A DNA stretch of 64,000 nt, from positions 992,001 through 1,056,000 of the forward strand of contig OZ251239.1 in assembly GCA_965240325.2 (NCBI GenBank), written 5' to 3'. Positions 53,448 to 64,000 of the stretch are shown piece after piece (position 1 is the stretch's first letter; every line of letters starts with the position of its first letter). The translations under genes and the position numbers were made by a program. Source of the stretch: Rebecca billardiae RCC1528 (lineage: Eukaryota > Protista > Haptophyta). The notes beneath the pieces were generated by a model that saw only the letters and a program-made list of their open reading frames with translations, did not search any database and was not told the DNA's origin.

Positions 53448-54611
53448 ATGGCCTCGTCCAGCGCCGCGGCCAAGCGGCCGCTCGGCGACCACGAGGAGCC
53501 CGGCGCGGCGGGCAAGCGCCCCGCACTCGGCGCGCACGCGACGACGACGTCGACCTTCGCGCTGTCAGAGACGGGCGAGGGCCCGGCCACCGACCTGCGC
53601 GCGCTCGGCGTGGGCGGCGGCGTCGGCGGCGCCGAGGGCATCGACGAGGGCGGCGGCATGAGCGCTGGCGCGGCGGGCGCGGGCGAGGTGGCGCTCGTCG
53701 CGCACACGGGCCTGAGCGCCCGCCCCGGCGTGATCGCCCCGGACAAGGAGAACGCGACGCCCGCGCCCCGGCCGCCGCCGAGCGCGTCAGGCTCGGCCGC
53801 CTGGGAGCATGACTCGGACCTGTTGCGCGTTCAGCACGCGCTCTGGGAGGCGACACGCGAGCGCGACGAGGCGCGCGGCGCGGCGTCGCGCGAGCGCGCC
53901 GCCGCCGCCGCCGAGCTCGGCCGCGAGCGCGAGCGCGCCAGCGCCCTCGAGCGCCAGCGCGATTTCCTTCTCGCCTCCGAGTCTGAACTGCGCTCGCAGC
54001 TGCGCGCGCTTCAGGCGTCGGTTCGCGAGGCGGACGCGCGCGCGCAGGAGGCACTGGGATCGGCGCGCGCGCAGCTCGAGGCGGCGCGCAAGGCGCTCGA
54101 GACCGAGCGTTCCGCCGCGCGCGACGCCGCGCGCGCGCACGAGCGCGAGCTCGCCGCCGCGCGGGACGAGGCGGACTCCGCGCGTCTGGACGCGGACGCG
54201 GCGGCGGCGGAGCGCGCGGCCGCGGCCGCGTCGGCGCAGGCGGCGCGCGCGGCGGAGGCGGAGGCGCGCGCGGCGGCGATCGCGGGCGCGAAGGCGATAT
54301 CCGAGCTCGAGGCGGCGCAGCGCGCGCTCGCGCGCATGCCCGCCCTCGAGGACCGCGCCGCGCAGCTCCAGGCGCGCGTGGCGCAGCTGGAGGGTGCGGA
54401 GGCGGCGGCCGCGGCCGCGCGCGCCGAGGCGGAGGCGGAACGACTGCACTCGGCGCGCGCCGCGCGGCACGCCGAGGCGGCGGACTTGCTGCGCGCGCGC
54501 GTGGGCGCGCTCGAGGCCGCGGCGGCCGGCGCGAGGAGCCGCGACGATCGCCTCGCCGAGCTCGAGGCGCAGGTGGCCGCGTGGCGGCGGCTGTTTGCCC
54601 AAGAGCTGGCG

Positions 54612-54685
<74 letters not shown>

Positions 54686-55278
54686 GGACGAGTCGGACGG
54701 CGCGTCGGCCGTGTTCGCGCGCCTCCGCGCCCTCCGCTCGCAGCTCGCGCAGGCCGCCGAGCGCGAGGGCGCGCTGAGCGCGAGCGCTCGCGCCGCCGAG
54801 GGTGCCGCCGACACCGCACGCGCCGCGCTGGGCGAGCGCGCGCGCGCGGCGGAGGCGGCGGAGGCGCGCGCGGCGGAGGCGGAGGCGCGCGCGGGGCGCG
54901 CGGCCGCGCGCGCGCGCGAGCTCGACGCGCAGCTGCACAGCATGCGCCGGCTGGTCAACTCGTACGCGGAGGCCGAGTCCGGCCGTGCGGCGGCGGCGGC
55001 GGCGACGGCCGGCGGCGCGGCCGCTGCCGGCGGCGGCGGCGGCGGCGGCGGCTCGGCTGAGCGCGCGGCCGCGCTTGTCGAGCTGACGGCGGCGGTCGAG
55101 GCGGCGGGCGCGCGCGCGGCGGAGATGGAGGCGTCGCTCGACGCGGCGCGTGCCGAGCTGGGCGCGGCGCGCGCCGCCGAGCGCGCCGCGACCGCCGACG
55201 CGCAGAGCGCCCGCGAGGAGGCGCAGCGCGCGCGCGAGCGCGCGAGCTTGGCGGCGCGCGAGGCGGCGGCGGCGCGCG

Positions 55279-55312
<34 letters not shown>

Positions 55313-56310
55313 AGGCTCAGCCGCGGCCGCGGCGCCGTCGCACCGCGTGCTCCACCTCGCCGCGCCGCCCGGCTCCGCGCGCGCCACCGAGGCGCTCGTC
55401 GAGTCGCTCCGGGACAAGGTGCGCTCGCTGTCGCTTCAGCTCGAGGCGCTGCGCGGCGCGGCCGGCGCGGCCGGCGGCGGCGCGGCCGGCGGCGGCGCGG
55501 CCGGCGGCGGCGCGGCCGGCGGCGGCGGCGAGGCCGGCGGCGAGGCAAGCAGCGCGTCGAGGCGGTTGGCGGAGCTGCTCGAGGAGCGGGACAGCGCGCA
55601 GGTGCGCACGCCGGCTGCTGGACCCACGCCGCGCGTGCCCGCGCCGCGCAGCGCGCGCGCGCCGCCGCGGCCACCGACCGCGCGCGCTGGCGGCCACACC
55701 CAATTGCCAACTGCCTAGCGCCCGCGCGGCGCGCGCTGGCCAGGCTGACGCGCGCGGCGCCGGCGCGCCCCCCTCCGCGCGCTCGCGCGCGCGCGCACGC
55801 GCCAGGCCGCGCTCCGCGCCGCCGAGGCGCAGTGCGAGCGCCTCAAGGCCGTCTTCAAGAACAAGATCGCCGAGTTCCGCGGCGCGGTCGCCGATCTGAC
55901 CGGCTACCGTATCGATATGGTCGGCAGCCGCTACACGCTACACCCGGTGTACGCGCGGCAGAAGGGGGACACGCTGGTGTTCGAGACGGTGTGTGCGCGT
56001 GCGCGCGTGCGGCGTGTGTGCGCGCGACGCGCACGCCCCGCCCCGCCCCGGCCGCGCCGCTCGCCCTCGCGACCTGAGTCGAGTGGGTCCGGCTGCGGCG
56101 CGCGGCGCGGCGCCGGTGGTGCCGTCACCGTCACGCGCGCAGTCTGCGGACAACGGCGCCATGCAGCTGCTGGAGACGGAGCTGTGCTCGCAGCTGGACG
56201 CGCTGATGCGCCGGTACCTCACGGAGGGCAGCTCGATCCCCGCCTTCCTGGCCGCGGCCACGCTGCAGATGTACGACGAGCGCCAGCGCGAGCGCCTCGC
56301 CGCGGGCTGA
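53448..56310 (+). CDS. MAD1: Spindle assembly checkpoint protein MAD1; exons 53448-55601, 55806-55988, 56143-56310
   Basis: Long coiled coil, a Mad2-binding-like RVLHL motif, and C-terminal RLKAVFKNKIAEFR...LTGYRID...MQLLETE...SIPAFLAAATLQMY. Has GT-AG introns. Confidence 0.9.
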
Positions 56311-56497
56311 ACCGCGCGAGCGAAGATCGCACGCCGGACCCAGTCCTGACGGATCCGGAAGCCGGACCACCGGCTTTCCGGACCTGGCCGCGCCGCGGCC
56401 GTTTCCGGTTGAGCCGGACTTGCTTCCTAAAAGGGGCAAAGGGGCAAGGGAGCGCTACCGCTACCACCCTTTCCAGAAAGGCGATTAGTTCGGACAC

Positions 56498-56546
56498 GGT
56501 CCGGGAGCTCAAAAGGTGCAAGTTGCACCTTTTGAGCTCCCGGACC
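56498..56546. other. Perfect 49-bp hairpin (24-bp arms, 1-nt loop)
   Basis: GGTCCGGGAGCTCAAAAGGTGCAA-G-TTGCACCTTTTGAGCTCCCGGACC. Confidence 0.95.
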
Positions 56547-56639
56547 ACAGTGGGAGCACGCGGGGCCGCGGCCGTTGAGAAGGGGCGGGGGCGGGCGGGC
56601 GACGTCGACGTCGCGGCGTTCCACGCGCTCTGCTGTCGA

Positions 56640-57645
56640 TGACTTGCTGTTGGCGGCGCGCGCCGCGCTCGCGAGGTGGCTCGGGCCCATGCGTGCCTTC
56701 GAGCGCCCGGCGACCGCGCGCGCATCGGCTTCCTCCGCCTGCGAGTCGCCCGCGGCCGCGACCGCCGCCCGCTTCGAGTGGGTTGACTGCGCCCGAGCCT
56801 GCTCGCCGCCGAGCGCAGGGATGAGTCGAGCGCGGCGCGAGGCGGCGATCGTGATCGGGCGATCGTGTGCGCCCATATGCGCCCCATCTGCCACGGCGCG
56901 ACCGCTTCAGCGTGCGTATGTCACCCCACTTGTCAGGGATGTCGGGTAGCAGGCGAGCACCGTCGGCCAGTGTGTCCGCCCGCGCCGCGTGCGCACAGGG
57001 CCATACGACGCGGAAACACGTCACAACCGGCATCAGTGCATGGCCATGACCGTGTACAGCCCCGCGTGGGCCACCAAGGTCATGCCATCCACTGCTCTGC
57101 CAGCTCGCAACGTGCGTCAATGCTGACGACAACTCTGGTCGAGAAGAAGTTGCTTCTTGAGTTCTGTCACAGTGGTGCACACAGCATCAGTGGACGTCCC
57201 CATGACTACGGATGCGGACCAACCGTGCCCGCCAGCTTGCGTAGCGAAGACATCACGAGACGCCACGGAGCGACATCCGACGCGTAGAGCCCTTCGCGCA
57301 CGCGGCGCGGGCGGACACGCTGGCCGACAGAGCTCGCCCACTCCCCGACATGCCTGACAAGTGGGGTCACATACGCACGCTGAAGCTGTCGCGCCGTGGC
57401 AAATAGGGCGCAGATGGGCGCATGCGATCGCCCGATCGTGATCGCCGCCTCGCGCCGCGCTCAACTCATCCCTGCGCTCGGCCGCGAGCAGACTCGGGCG
57501 CAGTCAACCCACTCGAAGCGGGCGGCCGCCGCGGGCGCGGGCGACTTGCAGGCGGAGGAAGCCGATGCGCGCGCGGTCGCCGGGCGCTCAAAGGCGCGCA
57601 TGGGTCCGAGCCATCCCGCCCGCGCGGCGCGCGCCGCCCAAGTCA
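56640..57645. repeat. Diverged inverted repeat (~360-bp arms, ~270-bp spacer), probably an old foldback
   Basis: 56640-~57010 is the reverse complement of ~57282-57645 with scattered substitutions. No TSD seen. Confidence 0.8.
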
Positions 57646-58458
57646 CGCATATCTCGGTCCGCACGTCGGCCACGCGCCCACCTGTTCGCCATCCTTCCGC
57701 CAGTCCGCCACCAGCGGGGCGCCTGGCGGCAGAACAACACCCCGTGGAACGGGTGGCTGGGCAGCCCGCCTGCATTTCAAAACAAGAAATGGACGAAAAA
57801 CGGCGCGTCAATTTTCATCGATCCCCGTTTCGGCCTTTTATGTTCGATTTTTACCGCTTTGGGCGCGCGATGATATAGCCGTAACGCTGTTTTTACCCCG
57901 ATCGCCCTATGTGGTTTCATCTTAAGCCAGAGCCAATACGATAATGGTCGGGGAGATTGGCGTAAACGGCGATCTGCGCTTCGTCGCCCCGGTACCCGCG
58001 GGTTTCGCTTAATGGAAAATTAAGGGGGCCCAATTTGTCTCGTCCCACAAAACCAACCCTTGCCGTTTTCTTGAGCGTTGGGAATGTTGGAATTTGCCAA
58101 AACCGTGGGGGAGAACTGCTCGGTTTCGGCGCGTGGTCATTTCCGCCGGGTGTGTAGCGGGATGATAGCCGAGTCGAGTGGGCAGGCGCCTTGGCGAAGG
58201 GCCGCAAACCAGCGCGGGAGTCTGCACATCGTGTCACAATCGCAGTCTACCGACCCCGAGGCCCGATCGACCAATCAGCGTCGAGGGAATTGTCCGAACG
58301 TCCGCCGAGTGGGCAAGTAGGAGACGGTGACCAAGGACACGTTGATCGCTCGATCTGAAGGCACGACGCCGTCAGCCAACCTGCCAACTTGCGGTGAGCT
58401 CGGAAAAGCCCACCCTCCGCCGCCACGGCGCACTCTTTCAGAACACGCTCTGCACACC

Positions 58459-58905
58459 ATGCTCGCGGCGACGTTGGTCACATTCATGCTTGCCGGGGAG
58501 GCCGCAATGAACCCCTTCAACCGCGCCGTCTCGGCGTTCGGCCGCTCGGCCGCGACGCAGTCCATGGGCAACCGCGCGCAGGACGTCGTGAGACGTTTCA
58601 TTAGCGTCCGCTTCGAGCGCGATCTCGATGGCGATTGCATGGGCCAGCTCGATCGCGACGAGGTGGCGCAGTTCGCGCGCTCTGTGCTACCCGACACGCC
58701 TCGCGCCGCCGCCGAGAGCGCTGTGCACTACATCATGTCGCGGCTCGACGTCGACTGCACGGCCGCGATCGACAAAGACCACTTCTCCGACGCCGTGATC
58801 GACTCGCTCGCGAGGCTGAACGAGGACGAGCGCAGGCGCGTGATCAGGACCATGTCCAGATCGTGCAGCCGCTCGCGTCGCGAGCTCGCGACGGCTTCGC
58901 ACTGA
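58459..58905 (+). CDS. Small EF-hand protein with a possible signal peptide
   Basis: EF-loop-like DGDCMGQLDRDE and DVDCTAAIDKDH, with a hydrophobic N-terminus. Confidence 0.6.
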   Translation: MLAATLVTFMLAGEAAMNPFNRAVSAFGRSAATQSMGNRAQDVVRRFISVRFERDLDGDCMGQLDRDEVAQFARSVLPDTPRAAAESAVHYIMSRLDVDCTAAIDKDHFSDAVIDSLARLNEDERRRVIRTMSRSCSRSRRELATASH

Positions 58906-60144
58906 GCTGCCGTGCTCGCCAGCCACCGCGCCGTTGTTGTACCCCACCCGCTGGCCGAGGCAACCTGCCCGCGCCGCTGAACACCACCGCGTGGCCTGTG
59001 TAAGGCCATGTGCAACACCACTTTCTTTCTTCGGACGCAGTCCGTGTACACCACCAACCCGATCTCTGTTCATCACCGCCCGAACCGCAGCTACTCTCGA
59101 CTTTGTGCATCCAGGCCCCTCGCCGCTCACGTGATCACCGCCCGCCCGCCGTGAATTTTAATGTCCGTGACCGTGTGACGTCGCCGCGCCCGCGGCCCCG
59201 ACAGCCGCAGCCTTGCCCGCTGTGGCCTGTACTCTGCCCGCCTTGTCTGTGATCAGCCCAAGTGTCGACAGCCACTGCCATCTTCTCCTGTACATTAGTT
59301 CTGCTTCCATCCTGCTCACGCAGTCGCAGACCGCGGAATTAGTGAGCTCCGAGCCAGTCAGACTCGCACAGTTACTAACGTCTAACTACTCTGACTTATC
59401 ATCCTCAGTGCTGCGAGTCTGCGACCAAGCACGGCTCCCCAGCCCGGCGGAGCGGACACGTGAATTAAATTCGGTCGGAACTCGGAGGGCCGGGGACGAC
59501 CGGACGAGAGAAAAACATGGGTACGGATAACCGCCGTTCACTCGTTGGCAGCCGCGTGTGCATCCGGACCGGCACGCACAGGACGAAATCCGGGAGAATC
59601 GCCGTCCGCAGCGGTGAAGTGTTAGCGGGCATGGCGGCCCGGCGCTGCACGGCGCCGGGTCCGAGATACTGCTGACTCACTCTCAGACTGTGACTCGGCC
59701 TCGGGCTCGGGCCCATGGCGGCCATGGCCATGAGCGTGCTGTGAGACTTCAGAGAGCTTAGCCGGACGCAAGGCCGTACCGTGATACCGTCCCGCCGACT
59801 CCACTGGACGCGGCGCCGGCGCGGCCCGACCGAGGCTCAGGCTGTCACTCACTCACTGACTGTCAGTGTCACTCACACTCACAGCCGCCGGCATCGCCAT
59901 CGACGGTGTCCGGTCCGCGGATCCGCGCCGCGTCCGTGCATGCGCTGCCATATATGGCGGCGGGCATGATATCATACTGCTCTACGCTACATCATCATCA
60001 CCATCGTCATCAGTCATCACTGTATCACTTATCAGCACTTATCAGCCTCAGGCCGGCGACGATGGAATCATAGTTCATATACCTCCGGCCTTCGCCGTGC
60101 GACGAGCCGCATGATGAGTGCATCTGCTGGTAACTCGATTCCCC

Positions 60145-63100
60145 TCAATATCTCACATCTGCCGCGCACGTGAAGCTGGTCGCCCTCGAGCGCAGCTGCC
60201 GGTCGAAGGGCGAGAGTGCGCCCGCCACGTCCAGCTCGAGCTGCTCATCGCGGTCCGAGTCGGAGCGCTCGAGGTCAGCGACCACGCTCGAATCGCGGTA
60301 CGTCCACAGCGGCGGCTTGTCGCTCAGGTCGATCGAGCCGACGCCGTCGACGTGGATGACGTTCTGCCCCGGCTTCTGCACGTTGTCGTACTCGGCGGTG
60401 TTCATCGAGAGGCCCTTGAAGACGAGCCTGCAGCCGCGGCGCGGCGCGGCGCGAGCGGTGGGCGCGGGGGGCGGCGCGGCGCGGGGAGGGGGTTGGAGGG
60501 CTGACGCCGCGCGCCGCGCGCCGCGCGGCACGGCTCGGGCGGCCGCGCGCACGCGCGCGCGCACGGCCCGGCCCGCGCGGCGCGCACCTCGCGAAGAAGT
60601 TGCGCAGCTCGGCGATGCGCCGCGTCGCGTCGTCGGGCGCGCCGCCTTTGGAGACGGCCACGGACGGGCGCGGCCGGCCGATCACCCGATGCTCGACGCC
60701 TCGCACCGTCACCACCTGCGCTGAGCCCGCCAACTCAAAGTAGTGCAGGGACGCGCTTGGAATCGCCGCGAGCAGGGCGAGGGGGTTGTAGATGTTGAAG
60801 TGGGAGACGTGCGACCAGATGTGGTCGGACGCGTCGAGCGAGGTCACCTGCGCCGCGCCGTTGCAGAACGTGTCCCGGAACCACTCCTTGTTACACCGCG
60901 CAGGCAGCCCCATCCTGTCGGCGTGTGACGCGCGTGCACGAGGTGACGCGCGCGCGCAGTGGCGTGTGACGCGCGTGCACGAGGTGACGCGCGCGCGCAG
61001 TGGCGTGTGCGCCGCGCGCGGCCGGCACGGGCGAGGCGGGCACGCGCGGGGGTGTCAGCCAGGATGGGAGGTGGCCTGCTGGCGGCTGGCTTGGCAGCGG
61101 GCACGCAGAGCCGCGGCAGCCCCAAGCGGCAGCAGGCACACGGCGCCGGCGCGGGCAGAGCCGGCGCGGGCCCTGCCCTGCCCTGCCGCGCGCGCGCGCC
61201 GGACGCACGCCGCCACAGCGCGCGCCGCCGGCGTGGCCCGGCTGCGCTCGCGAGGCGGGAGCTCGCACCCGCGCCGCGCCGCGGTCGCACTCGGGAGCCC
61301 CACCCGTCGGGCGCGCCCTCGAGCGCGCGCGCGCGCCCACACCTGTTGTCGTCGTCCGCGCCCGCGCACACGCGCGCCCACAGAGCCGAGATCGACTCGC
61401 TCTGAGTGCTCGAGATCTGAGCGCCCACGGGCCCGCCGTTCATGAGCATGTGATCATACAGCGAGCGAGGCATCCTGCGCCGACCCGCCGCCCGTGCGGT
61501 CGGAGGGGCGCGCGCGGGCGACCCCGCGCACAACACGGCAGCAGGCAGCTGGTCAGTCGGTCGGCGCAGCGGCGTGCGCGCGCGTGCGGCACTTGCGCGG
61601 CGCGGTGGCGCGGACGCGTCTCGCCGGGGCGGGCGTGTGGCGTGCATGCAGACTCGGTGCGCGGCGCGCTCGCTGCGCGCGCGTGCTCACACCACCCCGC
61701 CACACCCCCGAGACGCACGCACGCACGCGGCCCGGCGCGCGGGCCCGCGCGGCGGCCCGCGCGCGCGATCGCACGCGCCCGCGCGTGCGCGCCGCCGCGC
61801 CGCGCCGCGCCGCGCCACACCTGCACGCGCGCGCGAGGTGCCGGGAGACTACCACAAGCCGGACGCCAAGCTCTTGGCATCGGCGCATGAAGTACTGCGC
61901 GGCGTGCACGTCGAGGAAGTTGTTCTGCGCCTCCATGTCCGGCACGAGGTAGTCGCTCGCGTCCTCCTCCGACCGCTGCCGCCGCAGCTGCAAGGGCTCG
62001 AGCGGCGGCGCCGCGCCACCAGGGACACCTGGCGAGGGCGCGCGCAGCGGAGCGCCGCCGTCGGCGCGCGCGCCGGTGGCGGCCGCGGCGTCGACGGCGG
62101 CCGCGTGCGGCGACGCGCCCCTGCGCCGGTCGCCCGTCGGGTCGGAGCGGCGCCTGCGCGAGACGTACGCGCCGCCCATCAGAATCACCGCCTGCGTGCG
62201 CGAGTAGAACAGCTCGGTGTGCTCCCGGATGAACGAGGCGGGCGCAGTCATGCACGCCGTGATGACGAGACGGAGGCCCGTGATCGGAGCTTCTCTGTAG
62301 AGCGCATGCAGAAGGTCCTCGCCCATCACGTCGTCGTCGTCGTCGTCGTCGTCCGACTCGCTGCCGGAGCTGGCAAGCAGCTCGTCGTCGCCGTCGTCGC
62401 GCTGCGCGCGCGCGCCCGCCGCGCCCTCGCCGCCGCCGCCGCCGCCGCCACCGCCGCCGCCACACTCCGAGTCAGGCGCGCCGTCGGCTGGCGGCACCAC
62501 CGTGACAGCGGGCGGCGCGCCGCGCGCGCCGCGCGGCTCGGCCGCCTCGTGCGGCCCCGCGCCGCTCGGCACGGTCGCCACGGCCATCGCGGCCGCGGCG
62601 GCGATGCCCGAGGCGCCGGCGCTGCTCAGCCGAGACCGGTGCTCCGGGGACATGCCGAAGCGCGGCGAGGACGAGAGCGAGCGCACGATGGCGGCATTCT
62701 GATTGATGCGAGCCGTGCGGGGGCTGGGCGTACGCGCCTCGCGCGCGCTCGCGGTGGGCACGCGCATCAGCGACGACGGCGCAGCCGGCGGCGGCGGCAG
62801 GTGCGGCGCGGACGCCGCGGCGGGCATCTTGGACCCCGCGGGGCCGGAGGTGGGCGCCGTCGGCTGGCACGACTGAGGCGGCGGCGTGCACTGCGCGCGC
62901 GCGGCGGCGGCCGCGTCGGCCGGCGGCGGCGGCGGCGGCGCGTCGCTGTTGGAGCCGCGCGCGCCCGCCGCGGCCGAGCCGGACACCGCCTCCTCCTCCG
63001 GCAGGTTGCCGAGAGCGGAGCCGGTCGAGCGGCGCGAGCCGCGCGTCGCGGGCTTGGGCGTGTGCACGCCCACGCGGATGTGCCCGAGCCCGAGCGCCTT

Positions 63101-63916
63101 GAGCATCTCCCGGACTCGCAGGACTTGGTCACGGAGCTGGCGGCGCGAGGCGCGGTCAAGCCTCCCCGGAAGCGGGCAGATCACAATGCCGAGCACGGTG
63201 AGCACGCCGAGCTCGACGAGCGCGCGCATCATCACCAGCGCGAGCTGGTCGTCCGTCGTGTTGTCCCACCGCACCTGCGTGAGGATCACCACCTTCACCG
63301 CGATCTGCGTGCGGCAGTCCGCCCACACTCCGGAAGTGTACGCTTCCTCCAGGAACCGGACCAGCGCGGGTGGGTCCTGCACCCCGTGGAGCTGCTCGGT
63401 GAGGCCGATGATGAGGTGCTCCACCATCGACGGCACGCCCAGCCTGCCCGCCGCGCGCGGCACCACGGCCTCGGACTCCCGCCCGCGGCTCCCGCCGCCG
63501 CCGCCGCCGCCGGGCATCGCGTCGGCGAGCTTCGACGCGACTTCGTCAAACGCAAGCTGCACGGCGCGCTGGAGCGCGGGAGAGTTGTCCGTTGACGCGC
63601 GGCGCAGCCCGGGGAGCGCGGGCCGCTCCGCCTCCGCGTCGTGCGCCGCCGCGCCGGGCAAGGCCACCTCGGCACCGGGCTCCCAGACCGACACCTCCTC
63701 GCTCACGTCTGCGAGCGATCGCTCGGGCGGCTCGCTCCGCGCTCGCGAGGACGCGCGCCCGATCGGCACTGGCAACAGGTCTTGCTCGGCGGTTCGCGAG
63801 CGCGGTGACGTCTCCGCAGCCGCGGGCGCGGCGCCCGCGCTCGCCGCCGCGGAGTTCCAGAGTGGCAGCACCGACTGCGGGATTAGCTCCTTCACAGCCT
63901 CAAGCAGCGAGCGAGA

Positions 63917-63948
<32 letters not shown>

Positions 63949-64000
63949 TGTCGCTGCTGTGCGCCCACGCGGCGTCGCGTGCCGGCCCGTGGCCGTTCGC
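60145..64000 (-). CDS. Inosine/uridine nucleoside-hydrolase-fold protein, 5' end outside the window; introns 61820-61475, 61342-60915, 60587-60428
   Basis: VVILT...DDQLALVM, VILMGG, AQNNFLDVHAA, IYNPLALLAA. Three phase-2 GT-AG introns join the reading frames. Confidence 0.7.
60921..61008. repeat. 41-bp tandem duplication inside an intron
   Basis: gcgtgtgacgcgcgtgcacgaggtgacgcgcgcgcgcagtg occurs twice. Confidence 0.9.

Overview
Eukaryotic nuclear DNA with very high GC, GT-AG introns made almost entirely of G/C, and poly-Gly/Ala tracts. A Pavlovales-type haptophyte alga is my inference from this style only. About 15 protein-coding loci can be supported: ARM+BTB protein, a broken RING gene, a sulfotransferase-like protein, CSN1, CFAP69-like, a DHX57-like DEAH helicase, a truncated CBM4-GH16, a 2OG-Fe(II) oxygenase/F-box/actin-fold fusion, a GT4 glycosyltransferase, a stand-alone HET/TIR-like protein, MAD1, an EF-hand protein and an IU-nucleoside-hydrolase-like protein. 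The intergenic DNA is dense with nested non-autonomous DNA transposons, read directly from terminal inverted repeats (TIRs) and target-site duplications (TSDs). (i) Two 2-kb CACAG...CTGTG elements have bipartite, RSS-like ends whose internal boxes co-vary within each copy. (ii) Several TA-flanked CAG...CTG elements are present. (iii) Two CAAGG...CCTTG elements with 7-bp TSDs both sit inside the ends of other transposons. (iv) There are further long foldbacks. The top candidates for something new are the RSS-like CACAG elements, a 6.8-kb TIR-bounded Pack-type unit holding a GH16 5' fragment joined to a start-less helicase, and the oxygenase-F-box-actin fusion. No intact transposase, rRNA, tRNA or CRISPR array was recognised. 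All family assignments are by-eye motif recognition, not database searches.
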